A stretch of DNA of 64,000 bases from Hemiscyllium ocellatum (taxonomy: Eukaryota), in assembly GCF_020745735.1 (NCBI RefSeq), contig NC_083421.1:52133001-52197000 (forward strand), in the 5' to 3' direction. A program made the position numbers and the translations under genes. The notes beneath the pieces were generated by a model. It searched no databases, had not been told where the DNA came from, and was given only the letters and a program-made list of their open reading frames with translations. Every line of letters begins with the position of its first letter. Positions within the stretch are counted from its first letter, which is position 1. Positions 51,186 to 64,000 of the stretch are shown here, one piece after another.

Positions 51186-51275
51186 TTTCCTGTGGACAGT
51201 TACTGAAGGAGCCTGTCGCTGCTGAGACAAGATTCGGTGAAGCCATTAAACCCTATGTTGAAAGTAGGCAGCCAG
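51186..51275 (+). CDS. AK8: Adenylate kinase 8, internal coding exon (90 nt; VSCGQLLKEPVAAETRFGEAIKPYVESRQP)
   Basis: tgtttttccag acceptor and gtaagg donor. Matches AK8 [30 protein letters not shown]. Confidence 0.94.
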
Positions 51276-53279
51276 GTAAGGTTCCTGACCCCCCTACTGA
51301 TAGTGTTCTGATATTGAACAAAGGGCAAGATTCAGACACCACCAGAGCTTTTCTCACTCGTTATTAACAGGGAGTTCAGGAGACGTTGAACAACTGAATA
51401 TCTCAGAGTGAGGTCCACAGGGACATCCCCTGCACTTCCCTCTAGCCCTTGCTTAGAGCATGTTTGTACTAGCTGAAGGCAAAGAAGGGTTTCTGAATAA
51501 TTTACTAACTGATTAATAGACTCACATGGGTATAATTAGGACAGGCATAGGCAGCAGCTACAGTAACCAGTACAGTGCTTAAGGGAGCTAGAGGCTGCTT
51601 TAGCTTCGCCTGAAAGAAAGTTTCTGGGGCGCTGCTGTTTGAAGATGAGTCAGGAGGAGAGCAGAGCCCTTGCTCTTTTGAAGTGGAAATAGGACAGTTT
51701 GAATCTGTCGAGTTTAATTTTTCAGAGGTGCGATGGACCCTGTGGTGCAACTTATTTTCCTTTTTTTGACAATAAAAGTTATTTTACTTTCCATAGGTAA
51801 AATTTATTCTTTAAATATATAAAACATTTTAAAAATAAAATTCATCAGTGGCCAACAGTATAAAATTATATTAATGTGTTATTCCCTTCCATTACTAATT
51901 CTATATCACCTCTTGCTGGTAATTTATCTTCCTCCAGCAGATCTTATAGGGTGGTCTATAAGCTAACTTTAAAGTTCATATTAAAGTGAAATGAAATGAG
52001 CAGCTCACATTATACAGTCTTTACAGTAAACCATTTTCAATAGTGTGAGAATTCACACTTTTGAAACTTGAAATGCTTACAGCTTAAAATTTAATTGAAT
52101 AATTTAAATTAATTTTGCCATCAAATTTAATTTAATTGCTGGAATTGAATTCATATATTTTCATACAAAAACAATATATACATATTTGGTGAGATAGATC
52201 ATTCAGTATTCAAATAAAATTTATTGTTGAGCTTAAACATTTGCAATAGATTAAATCACGCATTAAAGCATTTCTGAAATCCTTACTTTCCAGGCATTGA
52301 TCAATTGTCTCTATATACATTACAAGTAAAACACCCTTCTCCAGTTGTAGATTGTTAAATTACCCTTGAGCCACCTCAAAAGCAATGACACACACTGCTA
52401 AAACAAATACTGTTAACTTTCAATTAGTAGATTAGAGAACTATTAACCCAGCAATACCCAAAGTGTCAGTTTATACTCTGTAACTAATTATTATTCATTA
52501 CTCTGATGTTCTTGGAGGCAGCTGTGATGTGTTTTGTGTTCTGTATGTACTTATCATGGTAAGAAGGTTATGTAAGTTGAGGAATGGAACAGGTAAGTTG
52601 ATTTTCATAAAATTTTATAAACTGGTTTTGATAACACTATCGATTCCATCCATCAACACTAAGAAACATCAGCAGATATGTTCCTTGGCATTATTATCGA
52701 GTCTTTTAAATTCTTGTGGGTTTGATATGCATTCTGAATTTGAGACATATTGCTTCCTGATGATTCTTAGTCACTGTAAACTTGGTTCAGACAGACACAA
52801 TTTGTTTCAATTTGGGAGGCTTAGTTCTAATCAGAGAAGGAAGACTTTTCAATTTCGTTGGTTTTTATTTGTGGGTTGGTAATACAGCCGAGTGAAGGGC
52901 CAAGAGTGATACCAGGGAGACTTGGAAGTTAAGCCTTATAATCAAACCACTTGTCAATTTATTGATCAAATGACTCAGAAGTGACTGCACAGCTATTACA
53001 ATTAGGAGGCTCAGATTCCACTATCGACTTCTTCAGATATTATTCTGGGCACGAGATAACTGGATCAGTGCGAACTCGTGCAGAGTGGAAAGATGCCCTG
53101 AACAGGCCCAGTGGAGCTCTTTAGAGTAGAGATTGCAACTTCTGTAATCCATCTTGGCTCCTTTTCTTTTCGGTCATTTGTTGACTTTCAAGCTCCACAC
53201 CATGGGCAGAGTAGTTCACTTCCTGGTGTGGTGGGAGCAAGGCAAGAAAGTTTGAAAAATATGGAGAGTATGAAAACTT

Positions 53280-53760
53280 CAGAATCAAAGAACAGTACAG
53301 CACAGGAACTGTCCCTTCGGCCCACCAAGCCTGCACAAACACTTTCCAAACTGAAATCTTTTGCCTATCCCTCTATTCCCTGCCTATTCACAATGAAGAG
53401 GCAGTGCCTCGAAAGGTAGTGCTTCCAAATAAACCTTTTGGATTATAACCTGGTATTGTGTGATTTTTAACTTTTTAACATTGACACCTCCAAATTCTGC
53501 CTATTCATGTATCTGACAAGAAGCTTCTTAAACATTGTTATTGTATCTGCCTCTACCAACTCCTCTGGCAGTGCATTCCAGGCACTTAACACTAACAGTG
53601 TAAAAAACTTGTCGCAAACCTTGCTAAAGTCCATGTAAACAACATCCGCCCCTCTGCCCTCATTAATCGTTCTTGTCACTTCCTCAAAACATTCAAATCA
53701 AGTTTGTGAGACATGACCTCCCCTACACAAAGCCATGCCGCCTGTCATTAATAAGTCCTT
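53280..53760 (-). mobile_element. CR1 fragments (minus) with PLE family B hammerhead+tail inserted at 53391-53496 (+)
   Basis: ORF 53467..53679 DVVYMDFSK...WNALPEE. The insert is flanked by ctgcctattca at 53380-53390 and 53497-53507. Confidence 0.8.
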
Positions 53761-55039
53761 AACTTTGATGTCGAGAAAAGAAAATCATGATTTTCCTCTT
53801 ATGTTAAATGATGTTTCACATTAAATAGCAGCATCAGAATCTCACTGTTGAGTGCTTTCTCCCTTATTGTCATGTATTTGCTTCTCATTAATACCCCAAC
53901 TCACTTTATTTATACATGATTCCTAATTCTCCTCTCCTTCCTTGAGAAACTAAATGGTGCACATTTCTGACATGTGAATCAAAACAGATAACTGGTGGCT
54001 GCAGCTTGTGGATTACTTGCCCTGGGCATCATCCAACTATGTCTTCAGCGCAATGTCCCTGCATGGTCCATGGATATCATGTTTTTCAACCCTTTGTCTG
54101 CATGAGGCAGCACTGCACCAGTCTCACCGCATCATCATATCTGCTCTTTGACCAACTCACACACCATTTCATTCCTTCAGTACGAACTCCAAGACATCCT
54201 CAGTTGCATGATTTGACCAGGTCACTTTGTACACAGAGCCACATTTAGCTTACGTATCTGCACAGAATACATCTAATAGCTCTTTGCTTGCCTTCCTTGC
54301 ACTTACTTGGAGGCTGTTAGCCTCTATGTAGCTCACATTGCTTTTTAGGGCACAGGGAGAAGCAAGCATCTGGTCAGGGTGAGAAGATCTGATATTTTCT
54401 GACTGGACGTGTTACTATATGGCACCAGGCTACGTCAATCCCACACCAGCAATTTGTGTCAGCAGTCTACATGGAATACTCACTTCATGTGCTTGAAGCA
54501 AATGGCATGTCTGAAAGTCAAAGAGGATCATTCGTTAGTCCAATGAAATGGACTGTAGTCAGTCAGGGATATCACCACAGTCAGTCAAATATACTACAGG
54601 GGGCTCATCATAGTCAGACGCTTGGTCCCACCAGAGTCTGGGGATTGATCTACAATCTACCCTGCAGGTCGAGTACAACCAGTCTAGGGATTGCAGTTAG
54701 GTCAGTCACAGCGCAAACATCAATCAGGGTCATGCCCATTTTTTCCTGTAGTGATATAATGAGAGGAATTAAGTATGATGGAAGTGGGCGATTGAGCATT
54801 TCGTGATGATTCAAAAATGGGAGAGGTGGTGAGTAGGCCCAGTACATGAATAGGAAGCGTGGAGGGTAGGATGGATTAATAGCTTGGGAGGATGAGGTGG
54901 ATGAGAGCTATTGAGTTTACATGATGCATAAAATAATAAGAAGTGTAGTCTGTGCGCTTTGGTGACGTGTGTGCAATAGCAGAATTAGAATGAGTGGTGG
55001 CCCAGTGACTTTGAGGTAGCAAAGAGAAGATGGCTGCAC

Positions 55040-55270
55040 TCACCTGAGTGTAGTGCAAAAGATTATTGACTTTCTTCCTCCAGGCTGGGCATTCTGCTTT
55101 ACCTGGGGCATTGTTGTAAACAGCTATTTGGATCCAGGCTTGGTGGCATGGCCCCCTACAGTGGCTAGATGGAAAATGAACTGCCCCCTTTTCCTTAGTC
55201 CTGTTCACCAGCTTTACAAGGTTCATGAAATGAGGTCTGAGATTTCCCTTCTGTGCCATATTTGTCCAGC
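55040..55270 (-). mobile_element. Harbinger Myb/SANT-like ORF relic
   Basis: ORF 54876..55259: RPHF..LVKLV...VHFPSSH...AWIQIA...WRKKVNNL. Confidence 0.65.
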
Positions 55271-55304
55271 ATCACAACGTGAAGGGAAATTCTTGGCTTC
55301 CAGT

Positions 55305-55419
55305 AAAAAGTGAGGTCTGCAGATGCTGGAGATCAGAGCTGAAAATGTGTTGCTGGTTAAAGCACAGCAGGTTAGGCAGCATCCAAGGAACAGGAAATTC
55401 AATGTTTCGGGCCAGAGCC
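55305..55419 (-). mobile_element. PLE family A tail insertion truncated inside the hammerhead
   Basis: Near-identical to 42926-43010 plus the extreme 3' end; flanked by cttccagt at 55297-55304 and 55420-55427. Confidence 0.85.
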
Positions 55420-55924
55420 CTTCCAGTGTCTAAGGTAATGTGCAACTGGGCTTTAATGATAATGCAGTGGCATGAAGATGAGGCAGTCTTGGCAGTTGTG
55501 AGCACTTCCTCTTGTCCTGCTGTGTGATTCAACGGCAAGAGTGCCAAATTGAATAGTAATAATGTGAATAGTAATAATGTGAAGAATGACAGATTGCATG
55601 AAAAATGTCACTTCGAACCATTATGAACCAGGAACCATGTGAGTTACTCATCAAAACATTAACTGCAAATGAGAAGATGTCACCCTATTATTCTGCTTTA
55701 TTTATCCTGAGGATGCAGGCACCAACAGTAATGTGAAATTTATTGTTCATCTTTTGTAAAACTCAATCACTTGCCTGGTCACTTCTGAAAGCATTAAGAG
55801 TCAAACCTAGTGTGCACTAGAGTCTTTTGTAGGCCAGACTGGGTAGCATGGAATGGCTTTCTTCCCTGAAGACATTGGTGAGCCATATGAGTTTTTATGA
55901 CAATCAGCTACAGCCATGCTTTTC

Positions 55925-57850
55925 AATTCACTCCACGTGATATCACAAACAGGTGAAGGCACTAAATACTGTAAGGGCTATGGACTCTTGCAACATTCCA
56001 GCAACAGTACTGAAGGCCTATACTCTAGAATTTGATACACTCCTCACCAAGGAGGTCCAGTACAGCTATTACACACAGTCATCTATCCATGTGGAAAATT
56101 GCCCAGGTATTTCCTGTACACAAAAAGCAGGACAACTTCAACTTGCCGTTTGCTATACTTTCAATCATCAGAAAAGTGAATTCAAGCAGCACTTGCTCAG
56201 CAATGCCCTGCTCATTGTCGCCCAGTTTTGCTTCTGCCAGAAACACACTGCTTCTCATTTCATTACAGCTTTGGTTCAAGCATGGATTAAAGGGCTGAAA
56301 TCTAAAGGGAAGTTAGAGTGACTAATCTTGACATCAAGACAGAATTTGATCAATTGGGGGATTAAGGAGTCCTAACAAAACTAGGATCAGTGAAAATTGG
56401 AGAAATTTCTGAGAGTCATAGCTAGCACAAAGGAAGATGGTTATGGCTGTAGGATGTCTGTTATCAGAGCTCCAGGACACCTCTACAAGAGTTCCTCCTA
56501 AGCCCAAAATGCTTCATTATTGACCTTCCCTCTATTATTAGGAAAGAAGTGGGGATGTTCACTGATGACTGCACTATGCTCAGTAACATTTGCACCTCCT
56601 CATATATTAAGCAACCTGGACAATACCTAGAATTAGTTGACCAGTGGCAAGTGATATTCATACCACAGAAGTACCAAGCAGTGACCAAGTTCAACAAGAA
56701 AGAATCTAATTGTTGCCCTTTGACATTCAATGGCATCACTGAATACCACCCCCCACTCCATTTCAATAAATATTCTACCTTTGAACAGAAGCTGAAGTAG
56801 GCTACCCATACAAATACTGAGGCTTCGAAAGCAGATATGAGGAATCTTACAGCAAGGATCTCACCTCGTGAATACCTCAAATCTATCCGCCGTCTAGGCA
56901 TATCAGGAAGTATAGAATCATAGAGATGTACAGCATGGAAACAGACCCTTTGGTCCAACTCGTTCATGCCGACCAGATATCCTAAATTAATCTAGTCCCA
57001 TTTGCCAGTACTTGGTCCATATCCCTCTAAGTCCTTCCTATTCACATACCCATCCAGATGCCTTTTAAATGTTGTAATTATAGCAGCCTCCCCACTTCCT
57101 CTGGCAGCTCATTCTAGAGGCACACCATCCTGTGCATGAAACAGTTGTCCCTTAGGTCCCTTTTAAATTTTTCTCCTCTCACCGTAAACACATGCTCTCT
57201 AGTTCTGGACTCCCACCCCAGGGAAAATACCTTGTTTATATACCCTATCCATGCCCCTAGTGATCTTATAAACCTCTATAAGGTCGCTCCTCAGCCTCCG
57301 ATGCTCCAGGGAAAACAGCGCCAGCCTATTCAGCCACTCCCTATAGCTCAAATCCTCCAATTTTGGCAACGTCCTTATGAATCTTTTCTGAACCTTTTCA
57401 AGTTTCACAACATCCTTCTGAAAGGAATGAATTGCACATGGTATTCCAAATGTGACCTAACCAATGTCCTATACAGCTGCAATATGACCTCCCAACTCCT
57501 ATAATCCATGCACTGATCAAGTAGTGTGATGAAATAGTATTTCCCTGGATGATTGCAGCTCCAAAAACACCCAAGGAGCTTGATAATTTTCATGACAAAG
57601 CAGATATGACATCCCAAACATACAATCCCTCCAATATGTATACACAGCAGAAGCACTCAGTGCCGTTTACTAGATGCACTGCAGAAATTCACCAACACTG
57701 CTTAGACAACACTTCCAAACTTATAGCTCCTACCATCTAGAAGGATCAGGGCAGCAGTTAAGTTATTATCACTATCCACAAGTTTTCCGCCAAGCCCCCT
57801 CACCATCCTGATTTGGAAATATAATGTCATTTCTTTGGTGTCACTTAAAT
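55925..57850 (+). mobile_element. Old CR1-clade LINE with a nested younger CR1 (56912-57520, minus)
   Basis: MWKIAQVFPVHKKQD, MFTDDCTM, QWQVIF. The nested copy reads KVQKRFIRTLP..LFSLEHRRLRSDL. Confidence 0.8.
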
Positions 57851-59842
57851 CTTATAACTTATGCATTGCTCAGATATTTCTACAGCCAATACACTATGAT
57901 ACCCTAAACATGATGCTAATACAAAGGTTATACATGAGTTGCCTTAGGTCTTACAGAGCATTAAAAAGAGAATGATGAAAACCTTAGTCATTATATACAG
58001 CACTGAAAAACAATCACAAAGCTCACCGCTGTCATAACCAATGAATACAATTCTCCCGCACACAGGCATATCCTACTGATTGTCAATGCCAACATAGTTC
58101 AATGCCAAATGATAAATCAGTCAGATTTGAACCTAGGTTAGAAATGCACCTGTCTATAAAGGGCATTTCAATTCACCCAAAGACTCCTTATGCTGATACT
58201 ATGTATATGAGCACACTGTTAACATCTACCTTTTTGATTTTCTTTTATTGTATTGTTGAATGGTGGTGAGGAAGACAAATAGAAGAAAAACACAATCAGA
58301 ATACTGAATGGGAAACTATGAAGGAAAGGAAAGTAAAAACAATATTTAGGGTGAAGACATTACCCCAACCCAACAAAATATTTATATCCCATTCAAACAC
58401 TAACATTCCTTTTTCTTACTTGATAAGAGTTGTCATAGGGACCAAAGATACAAAAACCAACTTTTGATCATTCATATATTTTATATCAATTTTTACTTCA
58501 GTTTTTAAATAAATCAGATGAACATTACTCAACTTTTTTTTGTTTTCATTTAAAACTGGTGGAAAGATGCTAAGTATGCTTATTCAAATTTCCTCTAAGA
58601 ATCCAACCTTTCCCTTTCATTTGAACTCATTATAATTTTACACGTCAGAGTGATTTAACAGCATAATTAATGCCAGTAATCAATAAGATGTAAGCTACTT
58701 TGTCATCATTAGTCAATGGGATAGATTTTGACTTGGGGTGATATTGTAATATATGTGTCAGCTTGTCAGCAGCTCATTTTACACTTCTCCCAATTTTCAA
58801 TTCTTCTGACTTCAATGATTTGCAAAAGATGTAACAGGCTGCCAAATCACTCTTGAAGCAAGTTAAAATTCAGCCCACTGTTTTAATTTCCATTTGGTAA
58901 TTTTTTTGCATAAAATTCAAGGATTGTGTAGTTCTTTGACCACCTAAATTCCCTGGGAGAGAATTTATTTGCATGTGCAGAGGCCTACATAGAGTCCTTC
59001 AGGGTAGAAAGCATTATGGTGTAATACTGCCATGACACTTGCAGCTTTCTTCACAGGTTGTGCAGCCACGCTGGATAAGTCCAACCTAGTCAATAATGGT
59101 CTATCAACCTACTTTTCATTATCAACACAGGAGTTGTCAGCAGTGATATCAAGCAATACTTATAAACAACCCAGACAGCTTTGTCTTCCCAGGAGAATTC
59201 ACCTCCAGCCCTAATTATAGCCTTTATAAAAACATGGACATAAATTGACTTCTGGGATGAGGTGAGCATCACTGCCCTTGACATCTCAGCAGCATTGGAC
59301 TGTCTGTGGCACAGTAAAAAATGAGTATCAGAGAAAATTCTCTAATCCTATAGCATACCTACCAAAATGAATAGATTATGGTTGTTATAGGCCCATAATT
59401 TCATCTCCAAGACATTGATATAAAAGTTCATTAGAGTGTCATCTAAAGTACAACCACATACCATAGTTTCACCAATGCCCTTCTCTCCACTGTAAGGTCA
59501 GAAGTTGATTGTTCCCTGATGATTACACAGTTGCCCTTTTTGACTACAGGCATCAGATGCACTATAATCTCCTCAATGTTCTTTGACAAAATTGCATCGA
59601 TGGCTAATGTGTCACAAATATAATCCTGTGCCTCTCTTCGCAATCATGAATAATAAGTAACCTATACTGATTTTCTGTTTGACCCATCTCGGATGCTATC
59701 ACATTTATGCTGACTTAATCTTCCTTAAGTTGTCACGATTTACAGAGGGAATATCCCTTGCATCCTTCAGGGCAATGATTCATAAAGTGAGGTCCAGGTT
59801 ATCCTTGGGCTAGTTCAAAATGCAAATCATTGAATTGAAGTA

Positions 59843-60063
59843 CAGCAGTCCCACCATACCCTCGAGATATATTCCAAGACCTACTGCGGAAGCCTGAAAC
59901 CATGGATAGGTGCGAACCCATTCATTTAAATGGGAAACATACCTTCTTGGCAGCCTCCTGATCCCTTGTTCAGGAATGTTGCTGTAATATGTTCGGGCTG
60001 CAGTAAACCATGGGTAACTGACACCACGGAAACTGGATTCGCGGATACGGGGGGGTCGCCCTG
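59843..60063. mobile_element. Tigger/MER2-like (pogo) MITE
   Basis: TA|cagcagtcccaccatacc ... gcggatacgggggggtcgccctg|TA: imperfect TIRs and TA TSD. Confidence 0.7.
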
Positions 60064-60111
60064 TATTAGGCAAGAAAAGTTTGAGACACCTTTGGCTCAC
60101 CCATTGCAATT

Positions 60112-61845
60112 GTAAGACCAGAAGATATAGGATGGGAATTCAGCCCATCGAGTTTACTCCACCTTTTGGTGATGGCTGATATGTCTTCTCCCCATGACCT
60201 TTGATGTCCTTACTAATAAAAACCTATCTACCTCTGTTTTAAAGACATGCAATGACTGGGCCTCTACAACCTTTAACAACAATGATTTCCATAGATTCAC
60301 TGCTCTCTGACTGAAGAAATTAATCCTCATCTCAGTTCTGAAGAGTTCACTCTGAGGTTGTGTCCTCAGGTACTAGTCTCTCCTACTAGTGAAAATATCT
60401 TCTCCACACTCACTCTATTCAGGCTTCTCAGTATTCTGTAAGTTTCAATGTGATATCCCCCGCCCGACAATCCTCCTAAACTTCATGAAGTACTGACCCA
60501 GAGCCCTTCATTGCCAGAATCATTCCTATGAATGTCCTCTGGAACCCCTCCAAGACCAGCACATCCTTCCTTAGATGCAAGGCCCGGAACTGCGCACAAT
60601 ATTCCAAATGCAGTCTGGCTAGAGTCTTATACAGCCTCAGCAATACATCTTTGCTCTTGTATTCTAACCATCTCAGAATGAATGCTAACATTACATTTGA
60701 CTTTCTAATTGCCAGCTGTGAGATACAATGGCTTTAAGTGGTGTATTTTGTCCTAGTTTCTTTTATGAAGAAAGGTTGAGACAGAGGTGATGATTAGTCT
60801 GCTCAAAACCAATAAACAGCTTGTGAGGCCTTGAGCTTTTTTTTAAAGTTGGAACAATAGAAGCAGCATGAATGGGTGGGGTCAAGCTCCCACAGAATTT
60901 TTAGTTTTAGCTTTCTGCAGTTGCTGTGGTCTTAAAGCTGGATGTGGAAGGCCTTATTGTTTTCTCTGTTACAACTAAAAGTTAAGGTTCTCTTCCTGCT
61001 GCTAAAATTGCATATGATAATCTATTTTACTCAATTTGCCTTTGCCAAATGTTAATTTATGGGATCGAACAATATTGGAACAGCTAATTATTAGTAACTA
61101 ATTTACATTAGTCTGTTAAGCATTTCAATTGAGTTACAGTTAAGTTAATTCTTCTCATTTTGTTCATATTTTAACTGTTATGTAAAAATAAAATGAGTTT
61201 TGCTTGAAGTCAATAGTTTGACCAATCAAATTGCATCTGGAATGCAACGCCTTTCACTTACCTTTTAAAAATAAAGAAAACTGAGGGTCTAGACTATCTT
61301 CTTAATATATTTTGAGGGAGTATATAAAACAGAACCTGCACATTAGCCTTAAGAGAATCCTGCACTAGGACTCCTAATGTCCTTTGTACTTCAGATTTCC
61401 GAAGCTTTTTGCCATTTAAAAAAAATGTCAATGCCTCTGTTATTCCTATGAAAGTGCACAACCTCACAATTTCCCACATCATATTCCATCTGCCACTTCT
61501 TTGCCCTGTCTGTTAGCCTGTCCAAATCCTTCTGCAGCCTCCCTGTCTCCTCAACACTATTAATCGCTCCACATATTTTGTGTCATCTGCAAACTTAGCA
61601 ACAAGGTCCTAAATTCTTTCGTCCAGATCATTAATGTAAAACACAAATACTTGTGATCCCAATGCTGACCCTTGTAGAACTCCACTAGTCACCGGCTGCC
61701 AACCTGATAAAGGCCCCTTTATCCCTACACTGTGTCTTATGCGCACAAGGCAATCCTCTGTCCATGTCAGTACCTTACCTTTAACACTTATCTTACTTAG
61801 CAGTGTCCTATGCAGCACCTTGTTAAAGGCCTTACAGAAATCGAA
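60112..61845 (-). mobile_element. CR1 3' portion interrupted by an LTR-like insertion (~60717-61330)
   Basis: ORFs 61609..61863 (DFCKAFNKV, GVLQGSALG) and 60476..60691 (LEYCAQF). The insert starts tgtga and contains AATAAA near 61187. Confidence 0.78.
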
Positions 61846-62039
61846 TCCAATCCCAACAGACAATCATGAGGTTGGATTTTGGTTGGTTGTGAAACTGATA
61901 ACAAAGAGGAACCAGCTAAATGTGATGGCTGACATGAAACGGAAATTCAGACATCAACTCAGTTGGTGTCTCACCAAAAGCAGCACCATTACGAATGCAG
62001 CAAATAAAAGCAAGTAAGACTGAACTGTCAGATACTCAA

Positions 62040-62820
62040 TGGGGTCTTTTTATCTACTCAAGCAGTCAGCAGAGGCCAACAAATATAACATTTTGAGAAA
62101 TGCTCTCTAGGATAACTCACCTGATGACTCCCCAAAGCCTGTCTACCACCTACATGATATAATTCAGGAGTGCAGTGGAACACTGTCAACCTGCTTGGAT
62201 AAATGCAGCTCCAATAAATCTCAAGAATCTTGGCTTGATCCAGGTCAAGGCAGCTGACTTGATTGGTGCAACATTCAAAAACATTCACTTCCTCCGCCAC
62301 TGAAGCTCAGTTGCATTAGTGTGTACTCCCTATGAGATGCACTACAGAAATTTATCAAGGGTCCTTCAATAGCACCTTCCAAATGCACAACCGCTACCAT
62401 CGAGAAGGAGAAGGGCAACAGAGATATGGGAACACCACTATTTGCAAGTGCCTGCCAAGCCACTCGCCATCTGGACTTTGAAAATACCACTGTTCCTTCG
62501 GTGTCACTGGATTAACATCCTGGAATTCCCTTACTAATGGCATTATGGATGTACCTAGGTGAAATAGACTGCAGCAGTTCATCTTCTCAAGAGCAACTCA
62601 ATTCTGAACCAAAGTGTCAGTGAAGATAAGTGCTGAAATCCTGTGGGAGACTTGAATCCATAACAAGAGTGCTATCACCGAGCCAAGCTGACATTGGCCC
62701 ATGTCAAAAAGCAGCTGGTTTGAATGCTGCCAATAAAAACACATTTAAAAGGTTAAAACCATCTTCTCAAGGGCAACTAGGGTGGGCAACACCCTACATT
62801 CCATGAGTGAATTTTAAAAC
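62040..62820 (+). mobile_element. Old CR1-clade 3' fragment carrying a templated insertion at 62597-62758
   Basis: Similar to 1990-3185 tail (gcagcagttc...cttctcaagggcaactaggg). Confidence 0.75.
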
Positions 62821-63524
62821 AGTGTCCTGCTCCATATGTATCAAATATTGAAGCAGCCAATACCCATGTACAACAAGACCAGTAAAAAACTCAGGACTCA
62901 GTTTCTGCTCCCCCCGCCATATGTTGAAATGACGTGCATTGAAGTCAAATGATGTACATCACTATGATTGCTATAAAATTCTGTTATGTATGAAATGATT
63001 GCGTGGGGTGTCTTAAGGCAACAAAGACATTCAAAAGATTTAAGGGCTTTTTAAAAAGACTCAAATAGCATTTTATTTAATGAAGTAAAATTGAAAAATG
63101 GTTAAAATTAATGTTGATCAGGTTGATTGCTAATGTAATTATTTTCCTTGACTATATTTGATCTTCCATGCTGTCTTGTGTGTGTGATTGCTCTTGGTCT
63201 TTCTCTCAATACTACTCTTCTCCTTTCGCAATGCAAGATTTATCCTTTGTGAGATAAAGTACTGACAAACACAGTATGTCAAAAAACTCAAAATTAAATC
63301 TCTCCTTTGTTCAGTATGATAGTATATAGTTCATAAATCACAACACACAGATGGAAACATTTACCTTTCCAGTTGGTCTATTTTGCATCTAAAATATAAC
63401 CTGCTCATTTGAAGTATAATAAATCACATTATTATCAAACTTTCTACTAATTATAATAAAACTACTTTAATAATTTTTTGCTCTAACTGCTGATGTGTAA
63501 TTATATCGTTATTAAAAGCACTCA

Positions 63525-63538
63525 CCAGTAGATGGCAG
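63525..63538 (+). promoter_or_regulatory. Candidate CTCF binding site
   Basis: CCAGTAGATGGCAG matches CCASYAGRKGGCRS at every position, in non-repetitive AT-rich DNA. Confidence 0.6.
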
Positions 63539-63865
63539 GCAGTACCAAAAATTCTGGTTTAAGCATTTTTTGGCAATAACCTGAGGGCCCTTTTTGTTGA
63601 TTATTTTTAACGTGAATGAGCACAGTTTCCTGTTGAGTCACCATTAAGTTGACATGGAACAATCATATTCCATGGTACTCCAGTGTATATATGGAACACT
63701 ACTTACCAATCTAATTGCTTGTGATTTTTTTTTCACATAGCTGATGGTACGTGTGGATATTTTTATAATTAAAATGCAAGTGATACTGGGAAGCTAGAAT
63801 TTATTTTAACCTTTAAATGTGTTTTTATTGGCAGCCTTCACACCAGCTGCTTTTCGACAAGGGCC

Positions 63866-64000
63866 AATGTCAGCTTGGCTCGGAGGTAGCACTCTTGTTA
63901 TGGATTCAAGTCTTCCACGGGATTTCAGCACATATCTTGGCTGACACTTTGGTGCAAAATTGAGGAAGTGCTTTATTGTTGTGGCTGACTTTCAGTTTAA
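63866..64000 (+). mobile_element. 5' part of a tRNA-headed (Deu-type) SINE
   Basis: tggctcggaggtagcactc (A box), ggattcaagtc (B box), ggctgacact...tgaggaagtgct body. Confidence 0.6.

Noticed and set aside
55550-55583. 15-bp tandem duplication tgaatagtaataatg
   Set aside because: Simple slippage duplication; only two copies, not an array (no CRISPR-like structure anywhere in this eukaryotic window).
51276-64000. Next AK8 exon (VPD...GWVLHG.P) or a nested gene
   Set aside because: No matching translation seen; ORFs here are TE-derived or lack coding features.

Overview
Vertebrate (almost certainly shark/elasmobranch, from HE1-type V-SINEs and HER1/CR1 LINEs) genomic DNA covering the middle of the adenylate kinase 8 gene (AK8) on the + strand. 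Five coding exons are present (11924-12005, 42547-42618, 45181-45381, 48632-48763, 51186-51275); all have canonical AG/GT boundaries, all join in frame, and the gene continues off both ends of the window. The introns are mostly nested transposable elements: many CR1 LINEs, one full-length decayed L1-clade element (containing a solo LTR that contains a pogo-type MITE), a Rex1 element, tRNA-derived SINEs, Harbinger relics and at least five families of Penelope-like elements (PLEs). The most notable signal is the PLEs. Six insertions have a recurrent hairpin (inverted 3'-end) architecture, five of them with 12-17 bp target-site duplications. Each family carries a minimal hammerhead ribozyme with covarying stems, and the shortest insertions are little more than ribozyme plus tail. 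Other observations: catalytic-motif substitutions in both AK domains, a locally templated inverted insertion, a consensus CTCF site, a candidate 6-nt microexon and TE-poor CNE-like intronic blocks. TE boundaries without a TSD are approximate. Family names come from motif recognition, not database searches.
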